Below are positions 61,540 to 64,000 of a DNA stretch of 64,000 nt, one piece after another (position 1 is the stretch's first letter; each line of letters opens with the position of its first letter). Below the pieces are notes generated by a model. That model saw only the letters and a program-made list of their open reading frames with translations, had not been told where the DNA came from and did no database searches. The DNA lies in the NCBI RefSeq assembly GCF_000143415.4, contig NW_003314263.1, positions 223,114-287,113 on the forward strand, in the 5' to 3' direction. The position numbers and the translations under genes are program-made. The stretch comes from Selaginella moellendorffii. Its lineage: Eukaryota; Plantae; Lycopodiophyta.

Positions 61540-62343
61540 CTACGTGGCAAGGCTCCGGCCGTTGGTCGTTTCGTACAGCGCGGAAGACGATGGTTCTTGC
61601 TGGAGGTGGAATTGGCGGAGCTGATGGGAGAATCGATTGTGCTGGAGGGCGAGATCCGGATTGGGCTGCTGCTGCTGCTGCTGGCGCCGGAAGGATCGCT
61701 GCTGCGAATTGAGCTGGTGTTGGAACTGGCGCATAAGTGGCGACGAGAGGAGGAAGGACGAGCTCGAATCGCCGGGCGATGGCGACGATCGCGACGATCG
61801 CGACGGCGACGGCGGCTCCAAGACCCTGTGGCGGCAGATCGGGCACGACGAGTGGGACATCAACCACGCGCCAATGCAATCGACGTGAAATCCATGGCCG
61901 CAATTTGGGAGGAGCTTCATCCTCTCGCCATGCCCAAACTCTTGCAAGCAAACAATACACTCGGAATTGCTGCTAAGAGCGACCGGCCCCACGGGTGCCT
62001 GCCGGTCATGCCCGTCCACCGGGGCCGGCACGACGGGCAGCGTGGAGATGGTCTTCGCGTCCAGCCCGGCGGCGCTCTCGTCATCGCCGCCGCCGGTGAC
62101 GGTCGCCACCGGCTGCCGCCGGTTGCGCCGTACCATGCACCGTACCACGGAATGGAGCCACACCGCGCATATGAGCACACAGAGTACCGCGCCGAGTACT
62201 ATGACAATCTGCGTGTCCAGAAGATTGCCTGTGCTTTTCGATTGCGCGAGCGGCGGAGGTGGCGGCGGCCTTGCCTCGATCTCCTGGAGTAACTTCCGTG
62301 ATCTCCGGATACTTTGATCCTCCGCTTCGCTGGTCATGGCCAT
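61540..62343 (-). CDS. ATL-family RING-H2 E3 ubiquitin ligase
   Basis: RKLL motif, TM helix, GLD motif, ECIVCLQEF...LLPNCGHGFHVDCIGAWLMSHSSCPICR; intronless CDS. Confidence 0.95.
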   Translation of the reverse strand: MAMTSEAEDQSIRRSRKLLQEIEARPPPPPPLAQSKSTGNLLDTQIVIVLGAVLCVLICAVWLHSVVRCMVRRNRRQPVATVTGGGDDESAAGLDAKTISTLPVVPAPVDGHDRQAPVGPVALSSNSECIVCLQEFGHGERMKLLPNCGHGFHVDCIGAWLMSHSSCPICRHRVLEPPSPSRSSRSSPSPGDSSSSFLLSSPLMRQFQHQLNSQQRSFRRQQQQQQPNPDLALQHNRFSHQLRQFHLQQEPSSSALYETTNGRSLAT

Positions 62344-63041
62344 CTTCTGTGACTGGCAAGAAGCATTTTTCCACTTCGCCAGAAGATATGAAGAGAGATC
62401 GTCCCTGTCGCTAAACTCTCACCTACAAGTCACCAGTAGTCCCAGCCTGTAACCATTTTCTCTGCCTGCCTGTGAAGAATCCCTGTCCCGGTAGTGCGAT
62501 CGAGCTCCTCCTTTTTTCTGGTTTTGCCAGTACTTGTCCCTGATGTGATCGTCGACAAGCTGCGCTGCTGCAGCAAGAGGCACTGGAGGGACGAGCAGAT
62601 ATCGACGATGGCGAAGAGCTACGCAACAAAAGCAATCCATCTCGAGCATCTCGCCAGCCGCGGCTCTGTTCATCATCATTCCCCGCCTGTATGTCCCTAC
62701 CACCCTTGTTTCCATCGTTCGTCGCTCGAGAGCTCTCCAAATGCCGCACTCTAATTCTTCCGTCGTCCATGTCCATACCCGGCCGACCTTTGATTGCCAT
62801 CCCGTGCACGAAGTCGTCATTCCCTGCTTTGTTCCACCTTGTCCAAGCGCAACCAAAGTGGTCCCAGCGATTGGAAAAAAATACAACCTGTCTTCGCGGC
62901 TTTACAGTTGTTTCACCGTGTGGTCCCTGCGATGGCCTAGAATCCACGAAGAAGTTCATCATATTTCGTCGTTAGTGCGCAGATATATTGCCACTCGGAA
63001 GGAAAAAAGAAGAACTAAAAATTTCACGGCCACTTACCAGA

Positions 63042-64000
63042 CTAAAGGACTCCTGTGACGGATTCTTCCAAGATGAGTGCTCCAAGTATTTCGTTCCATG
63101 TATCTGTCACTCCGGGTAGGCACCAGTGCATACAATCTTCGTGCTGCTTCTTAGCGGACGTTGACGGGTGTCCATCGGCCCTGAACTCGCTCAAGTGCGT
63201 GATGTTGAGCAGCCTGAAAGTGGAGCTCGCAGAAGCCGCTCGGAACAGGTGCTCGTTCACGAGCCGCACTTCTTTGTTGACCCCTTTATTCGCTGGAGAG
63301 AACATTTCTTCGACCTGGAAGTTTGGGACGAATGGGTTTGAAACGAAAACAATGTCGCAGCCCACCTCTGCAAGCTTTAAGGGGCCGGAACGGTGACATT
63401 TTCCCCCTTGGTACCAGTCACCCCCGTCAAAATGACGAGGGGATTGCGTGCGCAAGAACTTTATTCCTCCGGGTTTCATGTTTTGTTCCGCAAAGCTCAG
63501 CTGAGAAAAAACAAAAAAAAGTTAAAGATAGGACGATGATAGGGAGATTTATATACCATGTACTTTAGTGTGAGATCCAATCCTTCACGGGGAGACTTCG
63601 GTGGGACGATGGGCTTTCCGTTCTCAAAGAATAACATCGGCGACGTCACTGGATTGAACTTTTCAGGAGCAAACCACCTACAGAAACGATTCGTAGCAAC
63701 GGTGCAAACGAAGAAGGTGATTGGTTACCAGTGACCTGTGCTTATAACGAGGATATCGTAAAACTGTGGAGCCTCAGACCAGGTGCTCTGTGGAATATCC
63801 ACATCAACTCGATATCCTTGTTTGTAACCATGCTCTTCGAGCGGGCCTCCATCAGCCGAAGCTTTCCATCTGGATCCATAAAAAAAACACACTCAAGCAG
63901 GAGTCCTCTATGAACGACTAAGATCGGAGATGATACTCACTCTCCATAGCGTGCCAACAAGTTGGTCCGATGATAGGCAACAGTAACGTTGTACCCAAGG
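63042..64000 (-). CDS. TBL: Trichome birefringence-like (TBL) polysaccharide O-acetyltransferase, 3' part
   Basis: RTQSPRHFDGGDW, LLNITHLSEFRADGHP, DCMHWCLPGVTDTWNEIL. The 5' end lies outside the window. Confidence 0.93.

Noticed and set aside
58628-62320. Long antisense or alternative-frame ORFs over the PWR-like and ATL genes (likewise over the PDH, PPR and bHLH genes)
   Set aside because: Expected stop-poor frames in GC-rich coding DNA; no domain signal.

Overview
Eukaryotic land-plant nuclear DNA, most consistent with a lycophyte such as Selaginella. This is an inference from the compact GC-rich genes with very short introns, the PPR genes and a Tcn1-like chromovirus. The window alternates AT-rich decayed transposon blocks (1-20.5 kb, 36-48.6 kb) with dense gene islands. 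Mobile DNA: several degenerate Ty3/gypsy elements; one full-length chromovirus with both LTRs, a 5-bp TSD and an apparent self-priming PBS; a degenerate autonomous-type Helitron; a tRNA-Met-primed TRIM family; and a Cassandra-like TRIM whose LTRs carry a 5S rRNA internal promoter (one complete copy plus one solo LTR). Genes: mitochondrial ferredoxin, serine carboxypeptidase-like, P-class PPR, WEB-family coiled-coil, B-type lectin, thaumatin, X8 protein, PDH E1 alpha, ILR3-like bHLH, POWERDRESS-like SANT protein, ATL RING-H2 and a partial TBL gene. The strongest novelty candidates are a clean four-exon gene (50927-52147) that appears to be a domesticated IS630/Tc1-type transposase DNA-binding module lacking the catalytic domain, the 5S-bearing TRIM, and a possible Helitron capture of a PPR gene. 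All family assignments come from motif recognition; no database searches were run.
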